The notes under the pieces were generated by a model. It had not been told where the DNA came from and did not search any database. It saw nothing but the letters and a program-made list of their open reading frames with translations. A stretch of 48,069 nucleotides of DNA from a virus: IMG/VR virus record IMGVR_UViG_3300031234_000002; one strand, written 5' to 3'. This document shows, piece by piece, positions 25,845 to 34,549 of the stretch (positions are counted from its first letter, which is position 1; the number at the start of each line of letters is the position of its first letter). The position numbers were made by a program, and so were the translations under genes.

Positions 25845-26876
25845 TTATGCATAGACAGAAATGAGTGCGGTCAGGCCCGTATCTGAAGCGTCCAGATAGA
25901 CGTTTGTTGCGTCGAAAGCTGGCGTCTGAGCGATAATCTGACCGCCCGAAAGCATGAAAATGTTTATGCGACTCGGGGAGGCCAACAGTCCGTGAGGAAC
26001 CGTAAGCAATCCGGGGTCACTTGAAGTCACTGTCAATACTGTAGCTGAATCCGTGATGTTTATGGCGGTGTTGACCATTTGGAACACGGTTATTTTGGCA
26101 GTCACTCCGGCCCCGGTAGCCGTAAAGTACACATTGGAATCGTCAGCAGATGAGGATTGCCATATGCAACCGAAGGATGTTGGCAGAATCTCAATCAGGC
26201 TGGGGACGAATCCGAGCCCATGCGGGACCGCGAACTGCACGCCGGCACTCGGGGCATTGACTGCAAGACTGGCCGCTGGAGGTTGGACTGGCGGCGCGAT
26301 GCGAGTGACTTCAGATTGAGCTGGAGGCCGGTAGACAAAGATCATTGCGGTAACGCCCACGTCCGAGCCCACCAGATAAATGTTGGTGTTGTCGGCAAAG
26401 AAGGTCTGCCCCCAGATAGCCCCCGGCGATGTGGGCACAATCTCCAGCACGGTAGGTATGCCTACGATGCCGTGAGGGACGCTGAAGTCCCCACCGTTGG
26501 GTGATGTGACCAGAAGTACCGCTTCGAGCTGTAGGACATTGGGGATTCCGACTGCGGCGAAGGCGGTCTCAAGCACCTCGGCGGCCGTCAGATAGACAAG
26601 CATCCATCTGGAATTCAGGCCAGTGTATACGGGATCATCGAAGCCTTGAGTATCTAAGAAATATAGATTTCCTTGGAAGCCATCGTAGGAATTGGCGGCA
26701 TCTAGCGGGACTGCATTTAGAGCAATGCATCCGATGCACATATCGACGCCATTGGAATTGATATCCACGTAGAGGTTTTGATTGCGCAGGTAAATATTGA
26801 TCTGACAATTCTGCCCTCCGAGCACGCAGAGAACTATCTGATTTGGGACCGCCTGAATTGGGATAGTCTGCGCCAT
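25845..26876 (-). CDS. Baseplate/tail protein: conserved N-domain plus three tandem ~65-aa PHGLG domains
   Basis: 343 aa. The N-terminal ~110 aa (VLGGQNCQINIYLRNQNLYVDIN...GNLYFLDTQGFDDPVYTGLNSRWMLVY) resembles a recurrent phage tail family. The repeats lie at aa ~117-182, 201-266 and 277-343. Confidence 0.6.
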   Translation of the reverse strand: MAQTIPIQAVPNQIVLCVLGGQNCQINIYLRNQNLYVDINSNGVDMCIGCIALNAVPLDAANSYDGFQGNLYFLDTQGFDDPVYTGLNSRWMLVYLTAAEVLETAFAAVGIPNVLQLEAVLLVTSPNGGDFSVPHGIVGIPTVLEIVPTSPGAIWGQTFFADNTNIYLVGSDVGVTAMIFVYRPPAQSEVTRIAPPVQPPAASLAVNAPSAGVQFAVPHGLGFVPSLIEILPTSFGCIWQSSSADDSNVYFTATGAGVTAKITVFQMVNTAINITDSATVLTVTSSDPGLLTVPHGLLASPSRINIFMLSGGQIIAQTPAFDATNVYLDASDTGLTALISVYA

Positions 26877-26882
26877 ATCACC

Positions 26883-27536
26883 TTAGTGGGATAGTTGATT
26901 CTTGATGTTGATGAAGGTCGAACTGTTTGGGGGTCCGGGCTGTACGATACCACCATTGGACGGCAGGTTGGATGCCGGGTTTTGAGGCACGTTGATAGGA
27001 CTTTGCGTGGTGCTGAATGATACCGAAACTTGTCTTATCTCGCGAAGATGCAACTCAACGATCAGCATATTCGCGCCGCTGTCCGCACGTCTAATGATGC
27101 TGTAATCGGTGATGTTGTAGTTGAAGTAAGTGACCTCTGGAGTCTTCACGCTGTAAAGTTGCGTGGACTGGCAGGCGTTGTCCAGTGCAGCGAGGAAAGT
27201 TCCGCGGTCATTTACCCCACCACTGAAGCAATAGCGTACAGTCGGTTCGCCGGGAAGCACGACTTTGTTGTAGCTGGCGAATCCCCCATCTTCCACGGGG
27301 AAGTCGGATACTCGCGTCTCACGCTTGAACTCGAAAGAGTTGGTGGACAGGATTGGGCCGGACCCTAGCAGCGCGGATTCCAGTACCGTCACCAGCAGGC
27401 TGTTACCGCCGCTAGACGTCAACCCCAGTTGATTTCCGGATTTATCGAATATGCCCCATTGCGTCTGCGATTGCAGTGCATTGAGTAGGATCGTGCCGAG
27501 ACTTCCGATGGTGGCGAGCGCGATAGTGGCGGCCAT
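26883..27536 (-). CDS. Distal tail / baseplate-initiator-like protein
   Basis: 217 aa, immediately downstream of the tape measure gene (its start overlaps the tape-measure stop by 1 nt). Contains FEFKRETRVSDFPVEDGGFASYNKV. Confidence 0.45.
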   Translation of the reverse strand: MAATIALATIGSLGTILLNALQSQTQWGIFDKSGNQLGLTSSGGNSLLVTVLESALLGSGPILSTNSFEFKRETRVSDFPVEDGGFASYNKVVLPGEPTVRYCFSGGVNDRGTFLAALDNACQSTQLYSVKTPEVTYFNYNITDYSIIRRADSGANMLIVELHLREIRQVSVSFSTTQSPINVPQNPASNLPSNGGIVQPGPPNSSTFINIKNQLSH

Positions 27537-29350
27537 TATGGCACCATCCCATAGTTGGCTTGAGAAGCAAACAAATAATCCAGTTCTCTCGCCAAATCCT
27601 GAGTAATACCGACCGCATCGGTAGCTTGCGTGTTGATGGTGATGCTCTCGATATTCACGCTGCGACTGTTGCTCACGCTCTGAGGCGTAGAGCCAGCGCC
27701 AGGAGCAGGGGCGGCAGAGGATGCACCTGGGATGCCATTGAGCGTTTGCGCGAACGTGCCGCGCTTGTTGGCTTCGCCCACGGCATCCTGAGGTCGCTCA
27801 TACGCTCGCGATACAGTGGAGCCTGATCCGTAAGCGGTAGTTTGTTTCTTAAGCAAGTCGCCTGCGTTTTTATAGCTCCCTTGAGTCAGTTCATATTGCA
27901 CAAATGCCAACTGCTCACCCACTGATGATTCGCGAATGTCTTTACCTGACCATTTTTTGAAAGCAGCTTGTCGATCGGGATGCCACTGGGCGAGACCGAA
28001 CGCTTGCCCGTTATCTCCAACCGCGTTCGGTTTACCTCCGCTCTCGGCAACGAGATTGGCCACGATGCCGGCAGCTTGCTCTTTGCTCCAACCTCGTTTT
28101 TGAAAGTAATCCATCGCACGTTCTTTGAACTGACCGCCGGCATTCGCAGATATGGGTTTCCGAGGATCTAGAACCCCAAGAGGGTCGCGAGGAGCGAACT
28201 GTTCGGCTTCATCGCGCTTAATGACATCCCAAATCTTGCCGAGCTTTTCAATGGGAGCTATATTTGGGTCATTCAATACGCCGCCAAGTTTTGCGAGCGC
28301 ATGAATTTTAGACATAAGCTGATCGAAGAGATCAATCAACCCAGCAACCCCTTCTTTAGCTGCCGTGATGCCCGGTTCCCATTTCGACCAGTCGATTAAG
28401 CTATCTCCACCATTCTGCCAGACCTGATAGTCGTCCCACAGAAGCGCGATAGCAGCCCCTAGTGCGAGTACAGCCACTGTCATGAGCGTTATGGGTGAAG
28501 TGACTATAGCCAAACCAATTAGGCCGACCGTCATCACCTCTAGAAAATCCACAATGAACTCTTCATTGTTGCGACACCAGTTGCCGAACTTCTCCAATCC
28601 GGCAAACATTGCTTCTAAAGCCGGCAGAGCTTGCTGAAGCAATTCAAGTCCAAAGAGTGAGAACTGCTGCTTCAAACCAACTATGCTGGCCTGTAACCGA
28701 GCGGCGGCAGGCGTGAGTTTGGCGAGTTGATCGCCGTAAGCCTTCTGACGGGCAAGAGTGAGTTCCAGCTCCTTGCGTCCAGTGAGTAGGAGATTGATCG
28801 TACCCTCGTCGATACCCATCATCGCGAACATGTTGTGCATTGTAGGGCGATCCTTGCCCTCTGCGAAGCTCGCCATATCCAGAAGCTCATCAGTAACCGT
28901 GCGGGCCTTTCCACCTACCCCAGCCATCGAAATACCCATCATGGAGAAGTAAGGTATAAGGCTGGACTCCCCAGTGAGCCGCAATTGAGTCTGAGCCTTC
29001 GATAGCATCGTCAGGGTACCCTGAAGACCTTGGCTGCTTCCGCCAACCTGCTCGACAGCATTACCCCATTGCGTAATGCTGGCGACTCCTACGTCCAAGT
29101 TCTTCGAGAGCCGATCCAACTGAGCGTTGGTGTCGATGAAGTCCTGCACGAAGGCTTTGATGGCCACGGTTCCGCCGATGACCGAGAGCAAGGTCAGAAG
29201 TCCTTTGCCTAATCCCTCAACAGCCTTCTCAGTTTTACCGGCAGCCTGCTCAATCGACTTTAGATCGCCCTTGGCTTTGGACGCGCCTTGTTGTAGACCT
29301 TTGCTATCAAGGCCAAGCATTACAACGAGACTGTCGATGACCGTCGCCAA
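27536..29350 (-). CDS. Tape measure protein with a C-terminal tail-lysozyme domain
   Basis: 604 aa. Helical and TM-like central segments. The C-terminal AAGIVANLVAESGGKPNAVGDNGQAFGLAQWHPDRQAAF matches the phage tail lysozyme pattern. It follows the frameshifted chaperone pair. Confidence 0.8.
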   Translation of the reverse strand: MATVIDSLVVMLGLDSKGLQQGASKAKGDLKSIEQAAGKTEKAVEGLGKGLLTLLSVIGGTVAIKAFVQDFIDTNAQLDRLSKNLDVGVASITQWGNAVEQVGGSSQGLQGTLTMLSKAQTQLRLTGESSLIPYFSMMGISMAGVGGKARTVTDELLDMASFAEGKDRPTMHNMFAMMGIDEGTINLLLTGRKELELTLARQKAYGDQLAKLTPAAARLQASIVGLKQQFSLFGLELLQQALPALEAMFAGLEKFGNWCRNNEEFIVDFLEVMTVGLIGLAIVTSPITLMTVAVLALGAAIALLWDDYQVWQNGGDSLIDWSKWEPGITAAKEGVAGLIDLFDQLMSKIHALAKLGGVLNDPNIAPIEKLGKIWDVIKRDEAEQFAPRDPLGVLDPRKPISANAGGQFKERAMDYFQKRGWSKEQAAGIVANLVAESGGKPNAVGDNGQAFGLAQWHPDRQAAFKKWSGKDIRESSVGEQLAFVQYELTQGSYKNAGDLLKKQTTAYGSGSTVSRAYERPQDAVGEANKRGTFAQTLNGIPGASSAAPAPGAGSTPQSVSNSRSVNIESITINTQATDAVGITQDLARELDYLFASQANYGMVP

Positions 29351-29970
29351 TTACGTTTCCTCTGGTCGATTGTTGTAATCGTCCACTCTCAAAATCTCCA
29401 GCATGTTGTAAGCATCCTCCACGCCGTACACGGTTTCGAGTTCATGGAGCGTCGCCATGCGCCGCGAGATCAAAGTGGCCACTATTCCCGGGAGACTTTT
29501 GTATGGAAATGCTGTTCGGCCGCGGCGAGATGAGGCTGAAGGAATCCGAGCGCGGCCTTCAAAAAACCCATGTTCAATTTCCAAATCTCGATGCGAAGTT
29601 CGACGCGGGTCGCAATTTCCTCAATGTCGTAATCCCCCATATCCCCTTGCAGTGGCCGCACCACTAGCAGTTGCTTTGGGTCCGGAATGATCTGTACGCC
29701 GTCGAACATCTCTCGCAGCAAGGGTTCGAGCATATCCCATTTGAGAGAGGTGAGTGCTCGCATTCCAAATTCCGCCAGCGCCGCCATTCCGAGATTATTA
29801 AGCAGACCGGAAGGTATGTCCACGTTTCCTTGCAGCAATCCCATGAATACGCGCAAAGCCCATGCCTCACCCTTGGACGAACTCATCTCCGTAATCTGGA
29901 AGAGCTTTCCGTGATCGCGCCCCTCCGACGTGACTGTGTGTGTGATTACCTTTCGCATCGTTTGAGCCAT
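29351..29970 (-). CDS. Tail assembly chaperone, -1 frameshift fusion product (G-T-like)
   Basis: The zero frame is 29970->29482. Slippage at G-GGU-UUU (29569->29563) continues in the -1 frame as ..GFFEGRARIPS.. to stop 29351. The arrangement immediately upstream of the tape measure is canonical. Confidence 0.7.
29482..29970 (-). CDS. Tail assembly chaperone (zero-frame product)
   Basis: 162 aa, located between the tube-region genes and the tape measure. Confidence 0.7.
   Translation of the reverse strand: MAQTMRKVITHTVTSEGRDHGKLFQITEMSSSKGEAWALRVFMGLLQGNVDIPSGLLNNLGMAALAEFGMRALTSLKWDMLEPLLREMFDGVQIIPDPKQLLVVRPLQGDMGDYDIEEIATRVELRIEIWKLNMGFLKAALGFLQPHLAAAEQHFHTKVSRE
29563..29569 (-). other. 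-1 programmed ribosomal frameshift slippery heptamer G GGU UUU
   Basis: The minus strand reads AUG GGU UUU UUG AAG, which fits X XXY YYZ in the zero frame. The overlapping -1 ORF is open for 73 further codons. Confidence 0.65.
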
Positions 29971-30443
29971 CCTTCCAGATATTTTTGGTTCTCAAGGTTC
30001 TTCGCCGCAATTGATTCGTAGAAGCATTTTCGAGCACGCTGAAATGCTGCGACAAGCTCGGCTGGAGGCGCTGCGTTGATTGCGGCTAGGGTTTCTACCC
30101 CTAGAATACCGTCGCGGTCTACAGTGGCCCCTAGCGCTTGCTGAATGAGCTTTATAGCGACATGCGAACCGGCGTTGACTGCCATATCGAATACGCGCTT
30201 GGCGATCTCATCCGACTCGATGCTCCCATACTTCCAAAAATAGGTCTCATAGAAGCTCTTAACCAGAGGCGCTCGCATTGACTGAGTTTGAGCAGCGATA
30301 CGATTGAAAGCTGTAGGGAAGGAGTAAGAGTTGATGCCGGAAATTGCATGAGCGCCCGGAGGCGCGTCCGGGACAGACAGATACTCACGCTTCGGATCTT
30401 CCGAATCCAAAAGCCAATCGAAAGCGATATCAAAGCTAGCCAT
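29946..30443 (-). CDS. GH108-like muramidase with a PG_binding_3-like C-domain
   Basis: ATG 30443 is 2 nt after the tube gene's TGA. FYETYFWKY...VFDMAVNAGSHVAIKLIQQALG..VDRDGILGVETLAAIN...YLEGWLKR fits the GH108 + PG-binding arrangement. Confidence 0.6.
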   Translation of the reverse strand: MASFDIAFDWLLDSEDPKREYLSVPDAPPGAHAISGINSYSFPTAFNRIAAQTQSMRAPLVKSFYETYFWKYGSIESDEIAKRVFDMAVNAGSHVAIKLIQQALGATVDRDGILGVETLAAINAAPPAELVAAFQRARKCFYESIAAKNLENQKYLEGWLKRCER

Positions 30444-30445
30444 AG

Positions 30446-30877
30446 TCAGATGATAGACGAGCGGAGAGATTCCCATGTGATCACGTAATCGACGGCCTGC
30501 AATACCTTGCCGGCATCGGCTATCGGCTTCACGTCAGTCAGCACTCCGCGCACGCCGCTGTATACCTTGCCGGGTCCAGGGAGGGTTATCGTCGCTTGGA
30601 TATAGAATACGGTATTGCTCACATCCTGCGCCGTGTCGATAGCGTCGAATAGGGCCACGCTGGGAGAGTCCGCTTGAAAATGAAAGGTCTGCTTGGTGGA
30701 GTTCTTGACTACGCCACCCGTCTGCCGACCATCGACACCGCGCTGGACCTCAGCTCCCGTCCTGTTGTCCGTATTCCAGGCAGCGTCGGCTGAATATCCC
30801 TCAAGGATGATGGGAGTCGGAAACAGACCCGGTACGGTGATGGCGACAACGCTATTTGCACTTGTGATATCCGACAT
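30446..30877 (-). CDS. Tail tube protein (DUF3277-like)
   Basis: 143 aa, directly downstream of the sheath gene. Size and pattern fit. Confidence 0.6.
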   Translation of the reverse strand: MSDITSANSVVAITVPGLFPTPIILEGYSADAAWNTDNRTGAEVQRGVDGRQTGGVVKNSTKQTFHFQADSPSVALFDAIDTAQDVSNTVFYIQATITLPGPGKVYSGVRGVLTDVKPIADAGKVLQAVDYVITWESLRSSII

Positions 30878-30895
30878 TGCTTACGCTCCCTGAGA

Positions 30896-32422
30896 TTAAA
30901 GTAGGTCGATAGAACCCATCGAGATCTGCTGTATGCTCCCGCCGTCCGTGTAATACAAATTGACAACAGGAGTTCCGCGAAGCTGACGAACGGTCGCCCC
31001 AGGGTCTTGGATCTGGAGATAGTAACCCTGCGTGGAAATCAACGTAGCGTAACCGGCCCCGAGTTTAGATGTGATGTCGGCAATCTGAGTGCTCGAAAGC
31101 GTCACTCCGGTACGAATCTGACCGAAGTTGATAGCCGCGGCGATTGGACCTCCGACGAGCGACGTGCGTAGCGCTCCGAATCCGTTGGCGTTGTAGGCCA
31201 TCGAGCCGATGGTAGTGAGAAGAGTCAGATTGCTGACCTGAAGCTGATCGCTTAACCAGGCGTCTCCGATGTAAGTGTCGATCCAAGAAAAGTCGCCCGG
31301 CATATTGGAGTTCGCGAAGAACGTGAATCCCTGATTGCGAGTGCTCACCGCGCCGTAGGTCGAATACCCGTTGGCCACAAGGTTTTGATAGGTCTGGAGA
31401 TTGGCGCAAGCGGGAACTAGACCGGCTTGCGAAAGGAACGTGATATTGGTGCGCCCATTCGTCTCGCTGAAGTTGATTGAAGCTACTGCTCCCGAAACGA
31501 AGATGGCGGTATTCATCACCAGCGCGGCGAGTGTGCTCCCTGCTGGGACCGCAGCCGGATCTCCGCCTATGCACGCCACGCCATCGTACTTGTTAGCGAT
31601 GGCTACAACTCCGAACGGTTCCGTCGCGCCGCTCACGCTGGCTTGAGTATCGCTGTCCCATGCAAGCCAAAGGACGCTGTCATTCTGAGCCGTAAACCAT
31701 GCCGCGAATAGTTCTTTGTTGGCCAGGGTTGGCTCAAACAAAGTGACCATCGTCTCCCAATTCTGGGAGAGAGCCCAAGCATTGGTCATGGCGCTGTTGG
31801 GGGTATCTGCCACTGCGCCCTGTGATAGCTGCGCACCTGTAGCCTGAGTGAAGAGCAGACCGGCGGCAAGCGCACCGGTGGGGAAGATAACAGTCTCAGC
31901 GGCCCCCGTGGCCGTGCTGATGATCTGAAATTGACCGGTTGTAGCGCTGAAGGTCACGGTGAATGCCGGGGAAGTGAATCCAGCCGCGATAAGCGATGCT
32001 GCGTTGCTGAAGCTGGTAGCGCCCGAGAGATTGATACTCGCCGAAGTTTCTGCTGTGCCCGCAATCGTCACCGTGAGCGTGCCGGGGGTGAGGGCGGTGA
32101 GGGTAGCTAGCGGAGTATTCAGCCAGCTCCCGGAGTTGATAAATCCCGCTCGATTGGCGGCATTGTAGGCCGCGAATAGCATCGCCGAAGGACTGCTGGT
32201 TGCTCCGGTATAACCAGCGAAATAGATAGCCGCAGCAGCCGCTTCAGCCGATGCCAATCCGAAGAATGATGCGACTGATGCGGTACTGGCGAAGCTCAGG
32301 ACGGTTCCTGTCGGCATTGCAAGATTCTCAGTGAGAAAAAGGCCATTGAGAACCAGGCCAGCGCCACCGGCATTGAGAACTGAGGGTTTTACCCCAACAA
32401 ATTGAGATGCGGGAATCGTCAT
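30896..32422 (-). CDS. Contractile tail sheath protein (DUF3383-like)
   Basis: 508 aa. N-terminus IPASQFVGVKPSVLNAGGAGLVLNGLFLT...SVASFFGLASAEAAAAAIYFAGY resembles the DUF3383 sheath family. Confidence 0.7.
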   Translation of the reverse strand: MTIPASQFVGVKPSVLNAGGAGLVLNGLFLTENLAMPTGTVLSFASTASVASFFGLASAEAAAAAIYFAGYTGATSSPSAMLFAAYNAANRAGFINSGSWLNTPLATLTALTPGTLTVTIAGTAETSASINLSGATSFSNAASLIAAGFTSPAFTVTFSATTGQFQIISTATGAAETVIFPTGALAAGLLFTQATGAQLSQGAVADTPNSAMTNAWALSQNWETMVTLFEPTLANKELFAAWFTAQNDSVLWLAWDSDTQASVSGATEPFGVVAIANKYDGVACIGGDPAAVPAGSTLAALVMNTAIFVSGAVASINFSETNGRTNITFLSQAGLVPACANLQTYQNLVANGYSTYGAVSTRNQGFTFFANSNMPGDFSWIDTYIGDAWLSDQLQVSNLTLLTTIGSMAYNANGFGALRTSLVGGPIAAAINFGQIRTGVTLSSTQIADITSKLGAGYATLISTQGYYLQIQDPGATVRQLRGTPVVNLYYTDGGSIQQISMGSIDLL

Positions 32423-32958
32423 TGGTAAACCTCGGTATTCGCCGTGATGACAGTGGCGGATTGTTGTGGGACGGTCACAGTGGGATTATATTGCAGACTC
32501 GCTGTAATTAGCCAACGATCTTCGTACTGTGCCTCACCAGTTATCAGAGCGCCGCGAATGGCATCGCTGGAATAAAGAGGCGCAATTCCATCGGGGAACT
32601 GATCGGGAGCGTAGGGTGAGCGGAAAACGGCCTTGATAGCTTTGCAATAGTCCCCAGCCATGAGCCCGTAGAAGTCGATTTGAATATCCATCCGAGTCGG
32701 AGTGAGGATGCTAGCTTGCTGGACGGTGGGGTCGGAACTCTGAGTCATCTGAGGTGTCTCAAGGTCAACTTGATTGACCTCCGAGAGCTTCACGAAAGCG
32801 AGCGGATCGGAAGCGGCCGGCGTGAATGGGGGCGGCACTCGGTTCTGCCATCCCCTCACGATAGGGCATCCGGCAGGTACAAATGGAGTGAGGAAAGCCG
32901 TCAGGGCTTCGATGACTGCATCGACCGTTATAGATGGGAAGTATAGTACTGTAGCCAC
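32419..32958 (-). CDS. Neck / tail-terminator-like protein
   Basis: 179 aa. Called from synteny directly upstream of the sheath gene. ATGA overlap. Confidence 0.4.
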   Translation of the reverse strand: MATVLYFPSITVDAVIEALTAFLTPFVPAGCPIVRGWQNRVPPPFTPAASDPLAFVKLSEVNQVDLETPQMTQSSDPTVQQASILTPTRMDIQIDFYGLMAGDYCKAIKAVFRSPYAPDQFPDGIAPLYSSDAIRGALITGEAQYEDRWLITASLQYNPTVTVPQQSATVITANTEVYQ

Positions 32959-33245
32959 TACTCACCCCACTCCGGAATCTCGACAGTTTGACCTTTCAGC
33001 TTATGCCAGGAATCGGAAAGAAATTGAATCATACCGTCCCTCACAAAACTGTGACATCGGTGAAGATCGTCGTTAGGATTGCAGTTGATTGAAGGACTGA
33101 ATGTAGGTTTATTCATCGATCCATTCCAACTCCATGTTGCTCCTGAAGAATTTCGATGACCATTCACTGTAACAGCATGACCGTACTTACAACCTGGGCA
33201 ATGAAAAGCTACGAATTCCGGCGCGATCTGATGCAGTTTGCTCAT
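32958..33245 (-). CDS. Small Cys/His zinc-binding protein (DUF6527-like?)
   Basis: ATG 33245 has an ATGA overlap with the upstream gene. FHCPGCKYGHAV...WSWNGSMNKPTFSPSI...CHSFVRDGMIQFLSDSWHKLKG. Confidence 0.55.
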   Translation of the reverse strand: MSKLHQIAPEFVAFHCPGCKYGHAVTVNGHRNSSGATWSWNGSMNKPTFSPSINCNPNDDLHRCHSFVRDGMIQFLSDSWHKLKGQTVEIPEWGE

Positions 33246-33859
33246 TGTTTTCTGATCACCACTTTGGTCCAATCAGACCACGATTCCAAAACCTTTTCAA
33301 CCAGCCAGGTTCCTGCGAGCAACTGAGGTACTTTTCGATTCTGAGGTACACCGTTGGAAATCGCAGTGATGATGCCGCTTACACCAATATCGCTCGCTTG
33401 AATGTAGACGTTGACGGCATCGGCGGCCACTGGTTGCCATAAGGCTCCGGGTCCGGTCGCAAGTATCTTCACCTGATCTGGTGTCACTCCCAAGCCATGA
33501 GGAACTGAAATTACCCCAGTCTGACTGACGGTGACGGGGACGGTAACAGTCTTGCTACGCCCGCTCTTGATGGTGACTATATCCCCACCCTTGCTATCAG
33601 TCCGCATCACGCCAGCGAGATTGCCGTACATATAGAGCGCTCGCAGAGTGCCTTGGATATTGAGGTTCTCTATCTGCTTGAGGTCGCTTCCATCCAACGC
33701 CTGTACCTGCCCCAGTCCCGTGATGGCTGGATTGTAGACAGGTTGCTGCCGCTGCCCCGCGCCGATGGTATAACCGGCTGATATCTGCAACGTGACGATG
33801 ATGTTGGGATTGACCGTGTTGCTGATTGAGTTGACTATTTGCCGCAACCGTAGAGTCAT
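33242..33859 (-). CDS. Neck/tail-completion protein carrying an inserted PHGLG domain
   Basis: 205 aa. The core is (..LDGSDLKQIENLNIQGTLRALYMYGNLAGVMRTDSKGGDIV...GTWLVEKVLESWSDWTKVV). The insert is at aa ~102-168 (VISVPHGLGVTPDQVKILATGPGALWQPVAADAVNVYIQASDIGVSGIITA). Confidence 0.55.
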   Translation of the reverse strand: MTLRLRQIVNSISNTVNPNIIVTLQISAGYTIGAGQRQQPVYNPAITGLGQVQALDGSDLKQIENLNIQGTLRALYMYGNLAGVMRTDSKGGDIVTIKSGRSKTVTVPVTVSQTGVISVPHGLGVTPDQVKILATGPGALWQPVAADAVNVYIQASDIGVSGIITAISNGVPQNRKVPQLLAGTWLVEKVLESWSDWTKVVIRKQ

Positions 33860-34395
33860 TTCGTCACCTCATACTCTACGGCTTTGAGCATGGTTTCACT
33901 CCATACAAGAGGCTTTGCGACAGTACCCGATGGCACTGCAACTCCGGCTGCCACGTCCCTTTGAGCTTGGAGAACATCTTCGATAGTGACGCCGAATTCA
34001 CCTATACCGGGAAAGCGGGAATGCAGTAATGCGGTCGTAGGGGAAAGCGCTGGTGCGTTCATATCAAGAATACTTACGCGCAATTGTTCGGCTATTATCA
34101 CTCCCATTTCGGCGAGGATCGCAGGTCCGTCGTAATCGTGAATTTTTGCAAAAACCTCCATGTCACCGGGCCATTGCTTAGAGTATTTTTCCACCATCGT
34201 TCGAAAGAAAGGTCGAGGTGGAGCGGGGAATGGACCACCGTGGCCGAACTCATTCCAGAAAGCTACCTGAGCCACTGGAGTTCCATCGGGATATTTCTTG
34301 TCTTCCAGGAATCCAACGCGCACATGGCCGCCGCCGAACTTCTTAGCAATTTCGAGCAACTTGTTGTTGACGCTATCGCTGACGGGGATGTTCAT
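33856..34395 (-). CDS. HK97 gp10-like neck/tail-completion protein
   Basis: 179 aa. VAQVAFWNEFGHGG...PPRPFFR matches the gp10-family pattern. Confidence 0.6.
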   Translation of the reverse strand: MNIPVSDSVNNKLLEIAKKFGGGHVRVGFLEDKKYPDGTPVAQVAFWNEFGHGGPFPAPPRPFFRTMVEKYSKQWPGDMEVFAKIHDYDGPAILAEMGVIIAEQLRVSILDMNAPALSPTTALLHSRFPGIGEFGVTIEDVLQAQRDVAAGVAVPSGTVAKPLVWSETMLKAVEYEVTK

Positions 34396-34549
34396 TTTCC
34401 TCCAAGTAGATCGGAATATTGAGGTTCATTTCAATAACCCGAACCGCCGAAACTGTAGGGAACGTAAGTTCGCCGCGGTAAATACGCTCTATATCCTCAA
34501 GCAACTCGGAAGAGTCCATCGTGAGCGTAAATGACTCAGCGCTTGGCAT
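34373..34549 (-). CDS. Hypothetical 58-aa protein
   Basis: TAATG coupling with the upstream gene and a 23-nt overlap with the downstream gene. No homology recognised. Confidence 0.35.
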   Translation of the reverse strand: MPSAESFTLTMDSSELLEDIERIYRGELTFPTVSAVRVIEMNLNIPIYLEENEHPRQR

